From contig CP179888.1 of NCBI GenBank assembly GCA_047456305.1, forward strand, positions 317,307 through 381,306: DNA of 64,000 nt, given 5' to 3'. Shown in pieces: positions 62,363-64,000 of this stretch. Under the pieces are notes generated by a model. That model saw only the letters and a list, made by a program, of their open reading frames with translations. It was not told the origin of the DNA and searched no databases. Made by a program: the position numbers and the translations under genes. Each line of letters starts with the position of its first letter. The first letter of the stretch is position 1. This DNA is from Candidatus Nealsonbacteria bacterium. GTDB taxonomy: Bacteria > Patescibacteriota > Minisyncoccia > Minisyncoccales > CAZKCU01.

Positions 62363-62529
62363 TTTCTTCCTCCTTCCTTAATTTTTGACAAATTAAAATT
62401 TATTTATAATCACTCCCAATATTAAATTTTTAATTTACGGATTTATTTGAAAAAGTTACATCGCTCTTGATTTAAAGATACCACAATAAATAAAAAAGTC
62501 AATTTTATAGGTGTGGATTCAATTTATCT

Positions 62530-62556
62530 CTATCGATTTACGAAATCAATAGATTG
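62530..62556. repeat. REP-like palindrome, copy R2 (3' flank of Y1 transposase gene)
   Basis: CTATCGATTT ACG AAATCAATAG ATTG; ends 2 nt from the transposase stop codon. Confidence 0.8.
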
Positions 62557-62558
62557 TA

Positions 62559-63128
62559 TTACTCTAAGATTATTTTTTTTATTTTCTCTAGCTCCATTTC
62601 TTTTAACCAATTTTTAACGTTATCTTTATAATTTTCTGCTCCACCAAAAATTTTCAAAAGAAATTCTCTTTGGGTAACTGATGGAAAATTCTTTTTGCCG
62701 ATATAATCTAAATGGCTAGACCAACGAAAAGAATTTAAAATTTCTACGGCTTTTTGGTAGTTTTGGATTTCCCCTTTTCTCCATTCTGGCATCGTTAAAT
62801 CAAGAGGATTGAAATGGATGTAATAAGGTAAGTGTACAAAATGAAGTTCTGAATTTACTAAAACCAATTTATATCGTCCTTGGAATAAAGTTCCTGATCT
62901 TTTATATTTTTGATTAAAATAATTAGCATAACCCACTCCTATTTTTCTCATAAATTTTGTTAAACCACCTTCTTCTCTTTGTCTTAAAAGTAAATGAAAG
63001 TGATTTGGCATTAAACAAAAGGCTAAAATTTCAACAATCAGTTTTCTTGGTTTTTTAATATATTGATTTACGAAATCAATAGATTGGATTATAGTAAAAT
63101 AAAAGGTTACAATATAAAAAATAACCAA
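62559..63128 (-). pseudogene. RAYT / IS200-like Y1 (HUH) transposase, apparently 5'-truncated
   Basis: CLMPNHFHLLL (HUH motif), GTLFQGRYK, YYIHFNP (catalytic Tyr region). The usual N-terminal YHV.NRG strand is absent, and the annotated N-terminus (..IQSIDFVNQYI..) is encoded by REP copy R3. Confidence 0.65.
63060..63087. repeat. REP-like palindrome, copy R3 (inside the 5' end of the transposase ORF)
   Basis: ATATTGATTT ACG AAATCAATAG ATTGG; perfect 9-bp stem. Confidence 0.8.
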
Positions 63129-63135
63129 TAAATCT

Positions 63136-64000
63136 ATGATTAAACTTAATATTAAAAACTTAACAAGAACTGTGTTTTTAGGAATGTTTTTGTTTGGAGT
63201 AATAACTGGTGCAAACGCCCAACAAACATTACCAAAAGGTGGAGATAGTTATGAGACTGCGGTTAAGCTGGAGCTAGGAAATTATCAAAGAGAGGCAATG
63301 GAAGAGAAAGAATACTTTTATGTAGATGTAAAGGCGGGTCAGGAAATCAATATCAAGTATACCTTCGGTGTTGGGACTGGCAGGGACGGATGGGGCATCC
63401 TGTTTTTATATGATGAAGATAGGACAAATTTAGTTGATAAGTGGGATGCGGTTAGCGAGAATGATTTGAAATCGATTACAATTTCTTGGCTGTCAAATTC
63501 AGAGAAAGATTCTTATAAATACTACATCAAGGCAGGATATGACTATGGTTATGATGTGAGTTCAGTCTCATTTGATATATCATTGACGGACCGCTACGAT
63601 ACCGGAAGTCAAACAGATGCCGGAAACACATTTGAAAAAGCAATGAGTATTACTGCAGGAAACTACACGGCTTACCTTTCTGGAAAAGAGGGCACAGACA
63701 CCAAAGACTTTTATAAAGTAGGAATTAAAAAAGAAGAGAAGTTGACTATTAAAATAACTCCGCCAACTGAGGCAAAGCCCAGTTTGAAAATATATAATAG
63801 CGATAGAGTGGTAATTAAAGAAGAATATGCGCCAAATCCCGGAGCAATTATTCAAGCTTCTTTGACTACAAAAAAAAGTGAAGATCTGTTCGTTAAAGTT
63901 TCCTGTGATAGCTGGTGCAGTAAAAATTTAGTTAAATATGCTTTAAATATCGGAATACAGCCACCACCAGAAGTCGAAACACCGGTTGAGGAAGAAATAG
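63136..64000 (+). CDS. secreted protein with two PPC (bacterial pre-peptidase C-terminal)-like domains, 3'-partial
   Basis: Not in the ORF track because it runs off the window. ATG 63136; signal peptide ..FLFGVITGANA/QQ; two modules GDSYETAVKLELGNY..EYFYVDV and DAGNTFEKAMSITAGNY..KDFYKVGI; open to the window end. Confidence 0.6.
   Translation, partial: MIKLNIKNLTRTVFLGMFLFGVITGANAQQTLPKGGDSYETAVKLELGNYQREAMEEKEYFYVDVKAGQEINIKYTFGVGTGRDGWGILFLYDEDRTNLVDKWDAVSENDLKSITISWLSNSEKDSYKYYIKAGYDYGYDVSSVSFDISLTDRYDTGSQTDAGNTFEKAMSITAGNYTAYLSGKEGTDTKDFYKVGIKKEEKLTIKITPPTEAKPSLKIYNSDRVVIKEEYAPNPGAIIQASLTTKKSEDLFVKVSCDSWCSKNLVKYALNIGIQPPPEVETPVEEEI

Noticed and set aside
62385-62415. + strand TTGACA..TATAAT-like promoter in the 62363-62558 gap.
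   Set aside because: The spacer is only about 14 nt and there is no + strand gene downstream before 63136. It would only drive antisense transcription of the transposase remnant, so it is not supported enough to call.
1-64000. Alternative genetic code (UGA recoding as in some CPR lineages).
   Set aside because: Several ORFs end at TGA (for example 126-335, 873-1532 and 41983-42309). The conserved families in this window (aaRS, FtsZ, ClpB, TopA) come out at their expected lengths under the standard code, with no in-frame stops.

Overview
AT-rich, very gene-dense chromosomal segment made almost entirely of housekeeping genes. About 60 CDS are present: six aminoacyl-tRNA synthetases (argS, ileS, glyQS, metG, leuS, hisS), infC-rpmI-rplT, smpB plus tmRNA, topA, dprA, mfd, pth, lepB, ftsA/ftsZ, nrdD/nrdG, comEC, clpB, htrA, glyA/folD, iorAB, polX, recO and one tRNA-Leu(CAA). 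Compact proteins, frequent gene overlaps, anaerobic metabolism genes and near absence of Shine-Dalgarno sequences suggest a Candidate Phyla Radiation / Patescibacteria-like bacterium using the standard code (inference only). No CRISPR, rRNA, prophage or recognisable defence island was found. The unusual content is a layer of small structured DNA/RNA elements on top of the core genes. (1) A modular two-hairpin repeat (family A, 9 copies) shows compensatory stem changes. It usually sits just before start codons, but is also carried in frame inside topA and iorA and supplies C-terminal tails to several genes. (2) A second repeat (family B, 5 copies) abuts start codons and occurs once in frame inside a PAP2 phosphatase gene. 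(3) A REP-like palindrome brackets a 5'-truncated RAYT/IS200-like Y1 transposase, and a third copy lies inside iorA. (4) About a dozen tandem arrays with strict 7-nt periodicity are embedded in frame in essential genes. (5) A hairpin-bounded cassette between mfd and pth carries a consensus promoter, a 156-nt element closed by a 15-bp stem, and a small zinc-ribbon ORF. (6) nrdD is interrupted by two LAGLIDADG inteins. All family assignments rest on recognisable motifs read by eye. No database search or computation was run.
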